Positions 9,412 through 18,555 of a DNA stretch of 51,857 bases are shown here, piece after piece. Made by a program: the position numbers and the translations under genes. The stretch spans positions 1-51,857 of the IMG/VR virus record IMGVR_UViG_2925891887_000006. One strand, given 5' to 3'. The stretch comes from a virus (lineage: Duplodnaviria > Heunggongvirae > Uroviricota > Caudoviricetes). The notes beneath the pieces were generated by a model, which was not told the DNA's origin, searched no databases, and worked only from the letters and a program-made list of their open reading frames with translations. Each line of letters opens with the position of its first letter. Position 1 is the first letter of the stretch.

Positions 9412-10746
9412 TTAATTGATAATGTTAATACCTGATAAGTCATAAGGAGCATGAAATTCGTCCTTATTTAGTTCCAGATAATTAGACCACCATTGCATCA
9501 TTCTGCGGCGTTCCTGCATGTGCTGCGCAAGATGCACATATGCTGCCCGCACTTCGTTTCTTTCTTGGTGACTCATCTGCCGTTCAACTGCATCGCGTGA
9601 CCAGAGTCCTGATTCGGTCAGTGCAGAGCAGGCCATCGCCCTGAACCCATGCAAGCAAACATCACTTTGAGTGTCGTAACCCATCGTTCGCAGTGCTTTA
9701 TTAACTGTGTTTTCGCTCATCGGTTTATATGGGTTGCTGTCACCGGGGAAAACCAGCAGATATTCACCACTGATTTTCCTTATATCCTCCAGTACCCCGA
9801 TAGCCTGACTAGATAGCGGGACATAATGAGCAGCCCCCATCTTTGCACCCCGCTCTGAGAATTTAACCCCTGCGATCTCTTCACGTTGTCCTGGTATCGT
9901 CCATAGCCCATTTTCAATGTCGATCTCCTCCCATCTGGCATGTCGTAGTTCGCTGGATCGCACAAAAGTGTGCAGGGAAAATAGAACTGCTAGGCGAGTC
10001 AATGGTCTTCCCGTGTAACTTCTCGTTTTCGCTAACAGTTCAGGTAAACGTTCGAGAGGTAGTGCGGGGCGATGTCGTACTTTGGGGGTCGTAATTGCAC
10101 CTTTTAGATCGTGGGCAGGGTTGTAATCGACAATTCCACGTTGCACGGCATAACGGAAGATGCTCGTCATAGTGGTTTTTACCCGGCTCGTTGTGGCACC
10201 AATTCCTTTCTCAGTCATCTCAACCAGCATCGGCATCAAGTCACGGGTTTTGAGCGTATCGATAGGCTTTGAACCGATGGCAGGAAAGAGGTGGTTTTCC
10301 ATTTCTCGGAGAATTTTTTTACGGGTGATCTCTTTCCACTCAGGATGCCCTATCGTTCTACTATGCCACTCTCTGGCAACACTCTCGAACGTGGGGGAAA
10401 TTGGGTCTTCCTTTTTGGGTTTCTTTGCTTCGCGAGGATCACGACCATCGGCTAGTAGTTGCCTGGCTTCATCACGCCGTTTCCGCGCTGTTGCAAGTGA
10501 GACATCTGGGTAGACCCCTAATGCCAATGTCACTTGTTTTCCATCAAAACGATAATTCATACGCCAGTATTTTCCACCAGTCTTTCGTACCAGTAGATAC
10601 AAACTCCCTCCATCGGTAAGTTTGTAATCATTGGTCTTCGGCTTGGCGTTTTCTATCTGTTTGGGGGAAAGCACATTAATGGCCATATCTGTACTCATTT
10701 TGGTAGATTGATGGTATCTGCATATCGAACTGGGGAATACCATCAC
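9412..10746 (-). CDS. int: Tyrosine integrase, P4-type
   Basis: 444-aa ORF (true start may be an internal Met); N-terminal arm-binding-like region and C-terminal catalytic region; adjacent to att core copy. Confidence 0.9.
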   Translation of the reverse strand: MMVFPSSICRYHQSTKMSTDMAINVLSPKQIENAKPKTNDYKLTDGGSLYLLVRKTGGKYWRMNYRFDGKQVTLALGVYPDVSLATARKRRDEARQLLADGRDPREAKKPKKEDPISPTFESVAREWHSRTIGHPEWKEITRKKILREMENHLFPAIGSKPIDTLKTRDLMPMLVEMTEKGIGATTSRVKTTMTSIFRYAVQRGIVDYNPAHDLKGAITTPKVRHRPALPLERLPELLAKTRSYTGRPLTRLAVLFSLHTFVRSSELRHARWEEIDIENGLWTIPGQREEIAGVKFSERGAKMGAAHYVPLSSQAIGVLEDIRKISGEYLLVFPGDSNPYKPMSENTVNKALRTMGYDTQSDVCLHGFRAMACSALTESGLWSRDAVERQMSHQERNEVRAAYVHLAQHMQERRRMMQWWSNYLELNKDEFHAPYDLSGINIIN

Positions 10747-10872
10747 TTATACCATCACGAGGTTGTAATGTCATGAAATTAACTGAAATGAAAATCAGGC
10801 CGATTCGGTGATAACTTACTGTTTTTTTAAGTGGTTATGTAATGAAGTGAAATGTAGAGAAAGGTCTTTAAA

Positions 10873-10885
10873 GTGTCCCCTGCAG
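10873..10885. repeat. att core copy (GTGTCCCCTGCAG) at the satellite/prophage junction
   Basis: 13/13 identical to the 3' end of argW at 50777..50789. Confidence 0.6.
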
Positions 10886-10958
10886 ACATCTACTTGACGC
10901 GGCAGGGGATTGATTGGAATGGTGTTTTTTAGATGTGAAAAATATTTTACCCGCTATT

Positions 10959-11159
10959 TTACCCATTGGCGCGGCTTAAGAGCTTATTTTTGAATTCACA
11001 ATGGTCACGATATAACCATCTTGCTCGACCGTGGATAACTTTGGCTTTAGGCAGGTCGCCGGACTTAATCCGGTCGTAGATGAAGGTTTTACCGAAGCCA
11101 GTATCAGCCATGATGAATTTCAAATCAACCAGGGAATCAGGCTGTAGTTCGTGTTGCAT
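10959..11159 (-). CDS. torI: TorI-type excisionase (Xis)
   Basis: 66 aa; matches E. coli TorI as recalled; sits at the prophage end opposite int. Confidence 0.75.
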   Translation of the reverse strand: MQHELQPDSLVDLKFIMADTGFGKTFIYDRIKSGDLPKAKVIHGRARWLYRDHCEFKNKLLSRANG

Positions 11160-11200
11160 GAGTGCTATCTCCGAATAGGGAATCGAACCTGCAAATCAGG

Positions 11201-11221
11201 CAATAAAAAACCGCCATCAGG
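11201..11221 (-). terminator. Putative intrinsic terminator
   Basis: Short GC hairpin followed by T6 on the minus strand, just after the 54-aa gene. Confidence 0.35.
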
Positions 11222-11386
11222 CGTCTTGGTGTTCTTTCAGTTCTTCAATTCGAATATTGGTTACGTCTGCATGCGCTATCTGCGCCCATATCATCCAGTG
11301 GTTATAGCAGTCGTTGATGTTCTCGGCTTCGATAACTCTGTTGAATGGTTCTCCATTCCATTCACCTGTGACTCGGAAGTGCATTT
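11222..11386 (-). CDS. Small hypothetical phage protein (54 aa, MHFRVTGEWNGEPF...)
   Basis: Hand-translated; below the ORF-track size cutoff; GGAG 9 nt upstream of ATG. Confidence 0.45.
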
Positions 11387-11542
11387 ATCATCTCCATAAA
11401 ACAAAACCCGCCGTAGCGAGTTCAGATAAAAGAAATCCCCGCGAGTGCGAGGATTGTTATTGTCTTTGCTTCGTGCATTTGTCGCACTTTCTGCACCATC
11501 CAGATAGGCACATCCGTCCGCAATTAACACATATAGGCCACA

Positions 11543-11986
11543 TCATTTTTCCTCTTTTGGTTTATGAATCTGAACTGGCAAGTTGTAAGTTTGGCTTACA
11601 GGTTGGTTACTCTGAAGCATGGCGGCGCGGCAGGCGTTCCAGCCATCAACATAATCAAACGTATTGCTATCGTCTGGCTCGATTTCATCTGGCACTATCA
11701 GCACCGGCTGGACGGTGACATTGGCAAAGGCAGCACGCAACCCGGTTTTAATTTCTTCGATTTCATCAGAGCCAAGCGATGAGTCAGAAAGCGCATGGTG
11801 AAATGCGTAAGCCATGTCGTCGTTGATTTCTACAGGCACACTATCAGCCTTGCGGCGCTCCTGTAGCTCGCGCAGAGCCGCTACAACATAATGGCTATTG
11901 TGCTGGTCAGCCCACAGAATGAGCCGAATCAACGTTGCATTTGAAACGTATTCGTCTGTTAGTTTGCTATTGGTAAAAGTGGTCAT
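11543..11986 (-). CDS. Hypothetical early-left protein
   Basis: 147-aa ORF overlapping the upstream HNH stop. Confidence 0.55.
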   Translation of the reverse strand: MTTFTNSKLTDEYVSNATLIRLILWADQHNSHYVVAALRELQERRKADSVPVEINDDMAYAFHHALSDSSLGSDEIEEIKTGLRAAFANVTVQPVLIVPDEIEPDDSNTFDYVDGWNACRAAMLQSNQPVSQTYNLPVQIHKPKEEK

Positions 11987-12348
11987 GCCGTAGCCCCTTC
12001 TTGATATTTTTCAAACCAGAACACAACTGGGTCAGATTTCATTTCAACCAATCCCATACGAACCAGCGCTTTGCCTTTCCCGGACGCAAGGAATTCACGA
12101 CGACCATCACTGATAATTCGCCGATAATCTTCCAGACTACTGCAATGCTTGTGCAGATTGCATGGGTGGCATGCCGGAACCATGTTGGATATATCGTCAC
12201 GTTCCTGGTGAAGCATATTTCCATCAAAACGGATGACCGGTTTTACATGGTCTGCATGCCACTTTTCGCCAAGTTCGCAGCCGCAATAAGCGCAGCGACC
12301 ACCGAACTTCATGCGCAGTTCTGCGCGTTGTTTTTTCGTCAGTGACAT
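11983..12348 (-). CDS. HNH endonuclease
   Basis: CAYCG...HADHVKP...CHPCN motif. Confidence 0.75.
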   Translation of the reverse strand: MSLTKKQRAELRMKFGGRCAYCGCELGEKWHADHVKPVIRFDGNMLHQERDDISNMVPACHPCNLHKHCSSLEDYRRIISDGRREFLASGKGKALVRMGLVEMKSDPVVFWFEKYQEGATA

Positions 12349-12349
12349 A

Positions 12350-12568
12350 TCAGCTTTCCTTATACGGATTAATTTTATTGTGTAGTGTGTTGAATGGTCC
12401 CCATATCACATCGGTATATAACTCAATAATAGGTTCAATTATTTTCACGATTATCCAGACAAAAATTAGCGGGGATATCGGTATCATCAACACGATAAAC
12501 AGAATGAGAAACAAAAATTCTGTCGCTCTACTTTTTCGCGGATATTCTTTTCTGAATAATGTAGTCAT
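12350..12568 (-). CDS. Small membrane protein
   Basis: 72 aa with one long hydrophobic segment; AT-rich. Confidence 0.45.
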   Translation of the reverse strand: MTTLFRKEYPRKSRATEFLFLILFIVLMIPISPLIFVWIIVKIIEPIIELYTDVIWGPFNTLHNKINPYKES

Positions 12569-12600
12569 TTCTTACCGCCCTTTCGGGCGGCCTCCTGACA

Positions 12601-12813
12601 TTAATCGTTGTGATAACTCATAGCTTCATTTGCAGCATCAACTGGATCAACATCCCACCAGCAATAATTTGGTTCGACTCCTTCAGGTGTCCACGGCTCT
12701 AATTCATTTTTTGCCGCATTCTCGTCGCCAGTAATTTTAAAAATCTGCTCAGAAAATTTCCTCACCCACTCGTTATATTTTTCCGCATTAATGGTTTTCT
12801 GTGTATTTAACAT
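12601..12813 (-). CDS. Hypothetical protein
   Basis: 70-aa ORF, AT-rich. Confidence 0.45.
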   Translation of the reverse strand: MLNTQKTINAEKYNEWVRKFSEQIFKITGDENAAKNELEPWTPEGVEPNYCWWDVDPVDAANEAMSYHND

Positions 12814-12863
12814 AGATATACCTCCAGTTAAGGATTTGATTTTATTTACAGTGCTAAATTTAT

Positions 12864-13220
12864 TTATTCAGTTCTGGATTTCGTCGCCCTGCGTATCCGC
12901 GCTTTCGCGTTACGCTCAATCTGAATTAACTTTTCTATATTTTTCCGTCTTTCCTGTTCCTCCTGGCGCAATAGCCTTACATCATCTGCCAGTCTGGTTT
13001 CTCTTTTCGCCACAGAGAGCATCCAGTCAAACGGCTCCACAACTGCACCGCAGATTTTACAGCGGACCTGACGCTCTTTTTCGTCAACCCGGACAGAAGC
13101 GTGATGGCAGTATGGTCTTTCCGATGGCTCATAAAGAAAATTAACCTGATTACGTGGGTCATCCTCTTTTACCGGAAATAAAACAATATTACTTAACTCA
13201 TCTTCTGGTTTTATTTCCAC
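12864..13220 (-). CDS. Hypothetical protein with putative zinc ribbon
   Basis: 118 aa; C-x-H...CKIC pattern. Confidence 0.5.
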   Translation of the reverse strand: MEIKPEDELSNIVLFPVKEDDPRNQVNFLYEPSERPYCHHASVRVDEKERQVRCKICGAVVEPFDWMLSVAKRETRLADDVRLLRQEEQERRKNIEKLIQIERNAKARIRRATKSRTE

Positions 13221-13221
13221 G

Positions 13222-13755
13222 TCACTCTCCTTTGATGCGAATGCCAGCGACGCCGTGATTCATGTGGAATCCAAGCCTTGCCTGAGCTTCCTCTCTTGCT
13301 CTTACAGCATCAGAGAATTTAATGAAGCTACCAATGTGCTTGTGCTTACCATTTTCGCGTATGTAGGCAATCCATCTTTTATGGCTAGGATTCCAGGTAA
13401 CACCTGTGCAGCCTCCAATGTTGTCCTTTCGTATCGAAGAGTTCTTTTGGTTTCCCTGATTATCAACAAGGCGCAGATTCTCTATTCGGTTATCAGTTCG
13501 GTCGTGGTTAATGTGATCAACCTGCATGTCTGTTGGTATATCGCCATGAACAAGACACCACGCTAATCTATGAGCCTTATATCGACTCCCTTTGATTTGA
13601 ATTTCTACATAACCTTGAGCGCTGATTCCTCCGGCCCGCTTCCCTGCAATTCGAGTATTCCAAACCTTGCATGTGCGGCTGTCAGAAAACGAACTTGGTT
13701 CGCGCTTCTTCCAGAAAAAAATCCTTCCCATCGTAGTGAAGGTGTTCCTCAACAA
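13222..13755 (-). CDS. HNH homing-endonuclease-like protein with AP2-like domain
   Basis: HRLAW...DHINHDRTDNRIENLR; paralogue of CDS 25099..25623. Confidence 0.75.
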   Translation of the reverse strand: MLRNTFTTMGRIFFWKKREPSSFSDSRTCKVWNTRIAGKRAGGISAQGYVEIQIKGSRYKAHRLAWCLVHGDIPTDMQVDHINHDRTDNRIENLRLVDNQGNQKNSSIRKDNIGGCTGVTWNPSHKRWIAYIRENGKHKHIGSFIKFSDAVRAREEAQARLGFHMNHGVAGIRIKGE

Positions 13756-13984
13756 ATTCCTTTGTGATTACCTTTGCTTTACGCTGCGCCTGTTTGTCGA
13801 TGTTGCTCACTGTTTGCCTCCTTTGCGCCACATCGCATTCAGATATTTGTTTTGATTCACTGACGGAAAAGAATTTCTCTTAAGCAATTCCTCTCTCGGT
13901 GGCATTGGCTTTACGCGTTGGCGAATAATCATTTCTGCCGGAAGAATGCCGGGATTGTATGCAAGTCCTCTCATGGTAAATTCC

Positions 13985-14281
13985 TCAGTCATTACTGATA
14001 GCGCCATAGCGTGAGCGGTAATTACGCAGGCGCGGGTCGATATATTCAGGGAAGTGGGTATATGTGGCTTTGCGGAATGGTCGGATTGATGTTTCGTTTA
14101 TTCGGTCTTTTTCCTGTTTTTCTGCGAGTTGTATATCGCGTCGGTACTTCCGTTCTGCTTTTGTTTCTGGTGTCAGGGCAAGAAACGTGTCGAAAATGTT
14201 TTTGATATTTTCCAGCACCTCCGACTTGGAGCTACCGGAGCAGTTGCGCGGGTCATCCGCACCATACAGAGGCGCTGGCAT
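13985..14281 (-). CDS. Hypothetical protein
   Basis: 98-aa ORF. Confidence 0.45.
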   Translation of the reverse strand: MPAPLYGADDPRNCSGSSKSEVLENIKNIFDTFLALTPETKAERKYRRDIQLAEKQEKDRINETSIRPFRKATYTHFPEYIDPRLRNYRSRYGAISND

Positions 14282-14304
14282 AATGGGAGCCTTATTTTCA
14301 GTAA

Positions 14305-14892
14305 TCAGAAAGGAGGGTAATCGTTCTGGCTGTAACCATAATCATCTGCATGATTCTGGCTTACGTTTTTAGAGCGATTGTCTTTATCTTTGAGGCTGGC
14401 AACCATGTTGGCGATAGTTTCTGGTTGCTTGCCTTCCGCCTTTTCTTTAAGGGTTTGACCTGTTTGTGCAATAAACGGGATGCGTATTTCCATCTGGTAG
14501 CTGTCTGCGCCAGTCTTTTTGTTTGTGGTTAATACTTTCTGGAGCACTAACCCGATTTTCTTTCCATGAAATTCAGGAGCAACAAATTTACTGGCGGAAA
14601 CCATATGTTGCGTTAATTGTCCAATCCCGGCACACCCCATTATGGCGTGGACGACATTTGCGCCAAATTTATTTTCCGTTCCGTCATTTTTCTGAACACA
14701 AACGCTAAGATATTGGATTTTACGTCCGTCGTCGGATTCGCCAGAAAACTCAATAAATTTGGCTCCTTTTTCTGATTGCTTTAGTTCTGCTTCAGTAATG
14801 GTAATGATATGAGCGCCAGTTTCGTTAATAAAACCACCTTGCCCTGCGGTCAGTGCTGCTTCTTCGTTATAAGTAAAAATCACGTTGCTCAT
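14305..14892 (-). CDS. DUF669-like SSB-type protein with acidic C-terminal tip (DYPPF)
   Basis: 195 aa; translationally coupled to the Sak4-like ATPase; C-terminus resembles the SSB tail. Confidence 0.55.
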   Translation of the reverse strand: MSNVIFTYNEEAALTAGQGGFINETGAHIITITEAELKQSEKGAKFIEFSGESDDGRKIQYLSVCVQKNDGTENKFGANVVHAIMGCAGIGQLTQHMVSASKFVAPEFHGKKIGLVLQKVLTTNKKTGADSYQMEIRIPFIAQTGQTLKEKAEGKQPETIANMVASLKDKDNRSKNVSQNHADDYGYSQNDYPPF

Positions 14893-15569
14893 GCGGCGTT
14901 TTCCTTAATTTGATGAACATTATTGATGCCGTAGTAATCACAAACAGTGGCATCGACGAAAGAGAGATCGTTATCAATCTCATTGGAGCCAAACATTCCC
15001 ATTGGGGATTTAACAGTGTCTGCACCGTTGTTTTTTGTGGTGAAAAAGAACTGGTCATCACGGGTAAGGGTGCGAAGAACTATAGTAAACATGCCTTCGA
15101 CAGTGATTTTCTCGTCCAGCATTTTGCCGATAGTTTTCATTTTCACGCGCCCCATAGGGGTTTCTTCGGTGTGTGCAAGAAAATAGACTCTCAGGTCATC
15201 AGGTGCATCCTGTGCAGCCTTAATCACCTCCCATGCGTGGCGGCCTATCTCAGTAAATTTATCAAACGATTTTTCTTCTGAGCGGCGCATAAACTCATTG
15301 CTCATCACATACTGGAAGTCATCAACAATAACGATTCTTTTCCCGTATTCGTGAGCACGCTTAATTACGGCAACTATTACGTCCCATTTGTCAGTGGTAA
15401 CTACGGTTCCTTTTTTTGCTCTGGCATCCCATGCAAGCCAGTCTTTTGATTTAAATGGTAGCGGCTTGCCTATTGGTTTTATAAGTATTGCTTCCTCTGG
15501 ATTGATATTTCTCATGCTGGTTGATTTTCCGGTGCCAGATTCACCGAGTATTAATGTCGCAGTTCCCAT
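14889..15569 (-). CDS. Sak4-like RecA-fold ATPase (single-strand annealing/recombination)
   Basis: Walker A GESGTGKS near the N-terminus. Confidence 0.75.
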   Translation of the reverse strand: MGTATLILGESGTGKSTSMRNINPEEAILIKPIGKPLPFKSKDWLAWDARAKKGTVVTTDKWDVIVAVIKRAHEYGKRIVIVDDFQYVMSNEFMRRSEEKSFDKFTEIGRHAWEVIKAAQDAPDDLRVYFLAHTEETPMGRVKMKTIGKMLDEKITVEGMFTIVLRTLTRDDQFFFTTKNNGADTVKSPMGMFGSNEIDNDLSFVDATVCDYYGINNVHQIKENAA

Positions 15570-15577
15570 AATTTGCC

Positions 15578-15778
15578 TCAGAATGGTAATTCGGATGGGA
15601 CGGAAAGAAACTCGCGCTCATTCATTCGCTCTCTTTGAGCCTGCCATAAACAAAGTTGTTTCTTTGATTTATCTCCCGCTTTACGCCAGTAACGAGCCTC
15701 AGCAATGTGATATTCTCTTTTTAATCGACTTAATTCTGGAGTTTTCGCCAGTTCTACCGGAATCATTTTGACCTCCAT
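15578..15778 (-). CDS. Hypothetical protein
   Basis: 66-aa ORF. Confidence 0.4.
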   Translation of the reverse strand: MEVKMIPVELAKTPELSRLKREYHIAEARYWRKAGDKSKKQLCLWQAQRERMNEREFLSVPSELPF

Positions 15779-15868
15779 TTTCTGTAGGCTTCGATGGCCT
15801 CACGAAACATCTTTTCATCGCCAATAAAAGTGGCGATAGTGAATTTAGTCTGGATAGCCATAAGTGTT

Positions 15869-16009
15869 TTATCCATTTTTGGGAACTCCTGGCTGATTAA
15901 GTACGTCGATGAGTCGTTTCCATCCGTCACGTAATTTGCGGGTGATTCGTTCAAGTAAAGATTCGGAAGGGCAGCCAGCAACAGGCCACCCTGCAATGGC
16001 ATATTGCAT
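15869..16009 (-). CDS. Small hypothetical protein (46 aa, MQYAIAGWPV...)
   Basis: AAGGAG 7 nt upstream of the internal ATG; stop overlaps the next small ORF. Confidence 0.4.
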   Translation of the reverse strand: MQYAIAGWPVAGCPSESLLERITRKLRDGWKRLIDVLNQPGVPKNG

Positions 16010-16070
16010 GGTGTGCTCCTTATTTATACATAACGAAAACGCCTCGAGTGAAGCGTTATTGGTATGCATA

Positions 16071-16094
16071 TAAAAAGGCCCTCACACTGGAGGG
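16071..16094 (-). terminator. Intrinsic terminator inside the early-left operon
   Basis: GCCCTC-cagtgt-GAGGGC hairpin followed by CTTTTTAT on the minus strand. Confidence 0.55.
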
Positions 16095-16190
16095 CAAAGA
16101 AGATTTCCAATAATCAGAACAAGTCGGCTCCTGTTTAGTCACGAGCGACATTGCTCCGTGTATTCACTCGTTGGAATGAATACGCAGTGC

Positions 16191-16379
16191 TTATTCGTCA
16201 TGCATTTCAGGTAATTCTTCGTATTCGACGCCCCATACGAGTTTACACCAACTAACTCGCTCATATCTTTTACAGAAATCAGACCACATAACTTGTGTTC
16301 CATCATGGTTTGTTATTACTTCTGTAATATCACCAACACTAACAAAACTGGTATTAGAAGCAGTTATTTTTACTTTCAT
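16191..16379 (-). CDS. Hypothetical protein
   Basis: 62-aa ORF. Confidence 0.4.
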   Translation of the reverse strand: MKVKITASNTSFVSVGDITEVITNHDGTQVMWSDFCKRYERVSWCKLVWGVEYEELPEMHDE

Positions 16380-16675
16380 TATTCATCACCTATGGCTTTT
16401 TTGATAGCTTCGAGAGCCTTATTAACAGCTCCATACCATTCTGGATATGTTGTCTTTGTTCTATTTTTGGTTTGCTTAAGTAATAACTGAAGTGCTTCGA
16501 GAAGGTCAGGTGCTGCCGCTATTAGATTGGCATCTTCAATGCATTGAACTTCCTCACAGATTGCAATATACGAACGCCAGCCTGTGCCATTTTCAAGTGA
16601 GTCTGCCTGGATGATTTTAATCTCATCGCCATCCATCATTATTTCCCACTTACCTTCAGTACCTTTAAATTCCAT
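16379..16675 (-). CDS. Hypothetical protein
   Basis: 98-aa ORF. Confidence 0.5.
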   Translation of the reverse strand: MEFKGTEGKWEIMMDGDEIKIIQADSLENGTGWRSYIAICEEVQCIEDANLIAAAPDLLEALQLLLKQTKNRTKTTYPEWYGAVNKALEAIKKAIGDE

Positions 16676-16714
16676 GTTAGCCTCTGTTGTTTATGCCAAA
16701 AATAAAGGCCACCA

Positions 16715-16966
16715 TCAGGCAGCCTTGTTGTAAATGTTGCAGGTATCAAGTAAGTAATTAGATGGAGCGCCATAAATTATGAATTCATCGTTTGTCGGGT
16801 CCATCTCCATCTCTTGGCCTATTGCCATTCTTGCGTCAGTGTCATCAGAGGCGAAGCATAAAACAGCCCACGCACCCATTGTTTTAAAAAGAACTGCAAT
16901 TGGCTGTGGTTTTACTGAATTTGCGTTAGCGCGAAAATCACAAATCGCACTTTCATGAAACTCCAT
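16715..16966 (-). CDS. Hypothetical protein
   Basis: 83-aa ORF; hairpin plus T-run at its 3' end. Confidence 0.5.
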   Translation of the reverse strand: MEFHESAICDFRANANSVKPQPIAVLFKTMGAWAVLCFASDDTDARMAIGQEMEMDPTNDEFIIYGAPSNYLLDTCNIYNKAA

Positions 16967-17020
16967 ATATCACCTCAAATAAGTGGTTTGCTGCGAAAGT
17001 AAATACGCTTAAGTTACCTG

Positions 17021-17158
17021 TTATTTATCCCACCAAGTTCCGTATTTATCTATCCAGTTACACCAATCATCGACACTCCATTTTGTTGTGTCGCATTTTG
17101 GCAATTGGCATGAATATCTACCTTCTTTGTAAAGTCGGCGTTTGACTTTCTTGAGCAT
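17021..17158 (-). CDS. Small Cys/Trp-rich protein (45 aa)
   Basis: Hand-translated MLKKVKRRLYKEGRYSCQLPKCDTTKW... Confidence 0.35.
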   Translation of the reverse strand: MLKKVKRRLYKEGRYSCQLPKCDTTKWSVDDWCNWIDKYGTWWDK

Positions 17159-17343
17159 GACTACCTCAATCGTAATAAGCTAGAATTGATTTTCCGCGTT
17201 GCTTCTGGCGGCCTGAGCAGGTCACACCCATTTCACTGCGTGGCTTGCGGTAGTAAAGATTGTGCCTGTCTTTTAACCACATCAGGCTCGGTGGTTCTCG
17301 TGTACACCTACAGCGAGAAAAATAGTAAAATCCTCTCACCCCC

Positions 17344-17706
17344 TTATTTTGTCAGGGTGGTATCTCCTTCAGTTATGACCATTCGCCTTAATACTTTCCT
17401 TAAGTCGATGTAAAGTTGAAGGTCTCCATTTGCTGCGGCATCAGCCATTTTTTGCCTGACAAGCAGTAATGTTTCATACGGCTCAATAAGAATATCGTCA
17501 TGAGTAATTAGGTGAAGCGTTGCCGCATCAACTATTCCTAGAGCTGCGCCAAGTATCAAAAATTCCCTGCTATTTTTGTCGCATGAGGAGATAAGCGTAT
17601 TTAGCGCATACCTAATATTCTTTATAGCTGTTGTTAATGCTGCAATTTCTTCTATGGCGTCTTCTCCAATGAGCTTTTTAAGCTCATATTTTTCTTCCTG
17701 ACCCAT
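17344..17706 (-). CDS. Hypothetical early-left protein
   Basis: Start set at internal Met MGQEEKYE, with GAGG RBS, directly after the N-like gene stop. Confidence 0.5.
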   Translation of the reverse strand: MGQEEKYELKKLIGEDAIEEIAALTTAIKNIRYALNTLISSCDKNSREFLILGAALGIVDAATLHLITHDDILIEPYETLLLVRQKMADAAANGDLQLYIDLRKVLRRMVITEGDTTLTK

Positions 17707-17708
17707 AA

Positions 17709-17981
17709 TTACCTCGCCGTCAGTTGTTTTGATTTCCGGTAGCCTGCCGCGTAAATGGCTACGTTTGGCAGGCAAATACTTCCACTGCATTCATCTGCCT
17801 TCTTGCAGCGAAGGCTTCCGAGTGATGCTGCTTTATCTGCTCTGACGCAACCAGAGAGCTTTAGCTCAATTTTTCGCGCCAGTCGCTGCTCTTGCATTGC
17901 CTGTTCACGTTGAGCCTGTCTGCGTGCTCTGCGGCGATTTCTGGCGTTATCGTCAGCCAGATATGTAATGACTACTGTCAT
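17709..17981 (-). CDS. N-like antitermination protein (arginine-rich motif)
   Basis: NARNRRRARRQAQREQ near the N-terminus; first gene downstream of nutL. Confidence 0.55.
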   Translation of the reverse strand: MTVVITYLADDNARNRRRARRQAQREQAMQEQRLARKIELKLSGCVRADKAASLGSLRCKKADECSGSICLPNVAIYAAGYRKSKQLTAR

Positions 17982-18293
17982 GTTGACCTCCGATGAAACA
18001 ACTTTGGAATTTTTTTATTACAAAGTTGTTTCCTTCCCCGCCAATTAGACGGGGATGGAAGAGCATTTATGAGCCTTTATGGACTCTGCTCGATCAGTTC
18101 TATTTAATTAATCTCTCAATTGAATGTAAGTATTCACATAAATCCTCCTACCTCTTGTGCAGCTTTCTTGAATATGGTGGCGGCTGCACAACGCCTATGG
18201 AATTGACTTTGGCGGTGACGCGCCGGGTGCTTATCTTCCGGTTGCCGTCGTGCAGCTGCACTTCACGTCACCCCAAAGCCAACTACTCTTTGG

Positions 18294-18336
18294 TTCCCGC
18301 ATTTCGGCGGGACAATCCCATCAATGTTAAAGAGCC
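18294..18336 (-). promoter_or_regulatory. nutL (boxA GCTCTTTAACA plus boxB hairpin)
   Basis: boxB TCCCGCCGAAATGCGGGA on the minus strand matches the nutR hairpin; boxA-like element at 18325..18336. Confidence 0.65.
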
Positions 18337-18383
18337 TGCCAATCTTTTCCGTTTGGCTTCCAGCGTCCTGCTGATGGCTAAAG

Positions 18384-18424
18384 AATACTGTAGGTATTTT
18401 ATTGTGTAAATACCTAAGGTATTT
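18384..18424. promoter_or_regulatory. OL operator palindromes (PL region)
   Basis: AATACTGTAGGTATT and AAATACCTAAGGTATTT, same AATAC...GTATT half-sites as OR. Confidence 0.5.
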
Positions 18425-18555
18425 ATTTTTGATGAAATAATGATAAACAAATGAATACAAAGGATATTTATTTTTTTCGGTGTCTGCTTGTTCAGTGCTT
18501 TTTATGCGGGATAGGTGAAGTGGATCCCGATAGCTATTGCTGCCGGGATTATGGG

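Larger units (their letters stand above)
1..10872. mobile_element. P4-like phage satellite, integrase-proximal part (distal end lies beyond window start)
   Basis: Co-linear minus-strand set int, alpA, alpha primase/helicase, sid, psu, ogr/delta, plus alpha-binding octamer iterons and an AT-rich cargo gene distal to delta. Confidence 0.75.

Noticed and set aside
11291-11718. ORFs 11291..11530 (-) and 11314..11718 (+)
   Set aside because: They overlap the better-supported 54-aa gene (11222..11386, with RBS and terminator) or sit in its upstream intergenic region, with odd composition.
17993-18409. 138-aa plus-strand ORF spanning nutL and the OL operators
   Set aside because: It overlaps regulatory elements on the opposite strand of the N leader and has no RBS or recognisable protein features.
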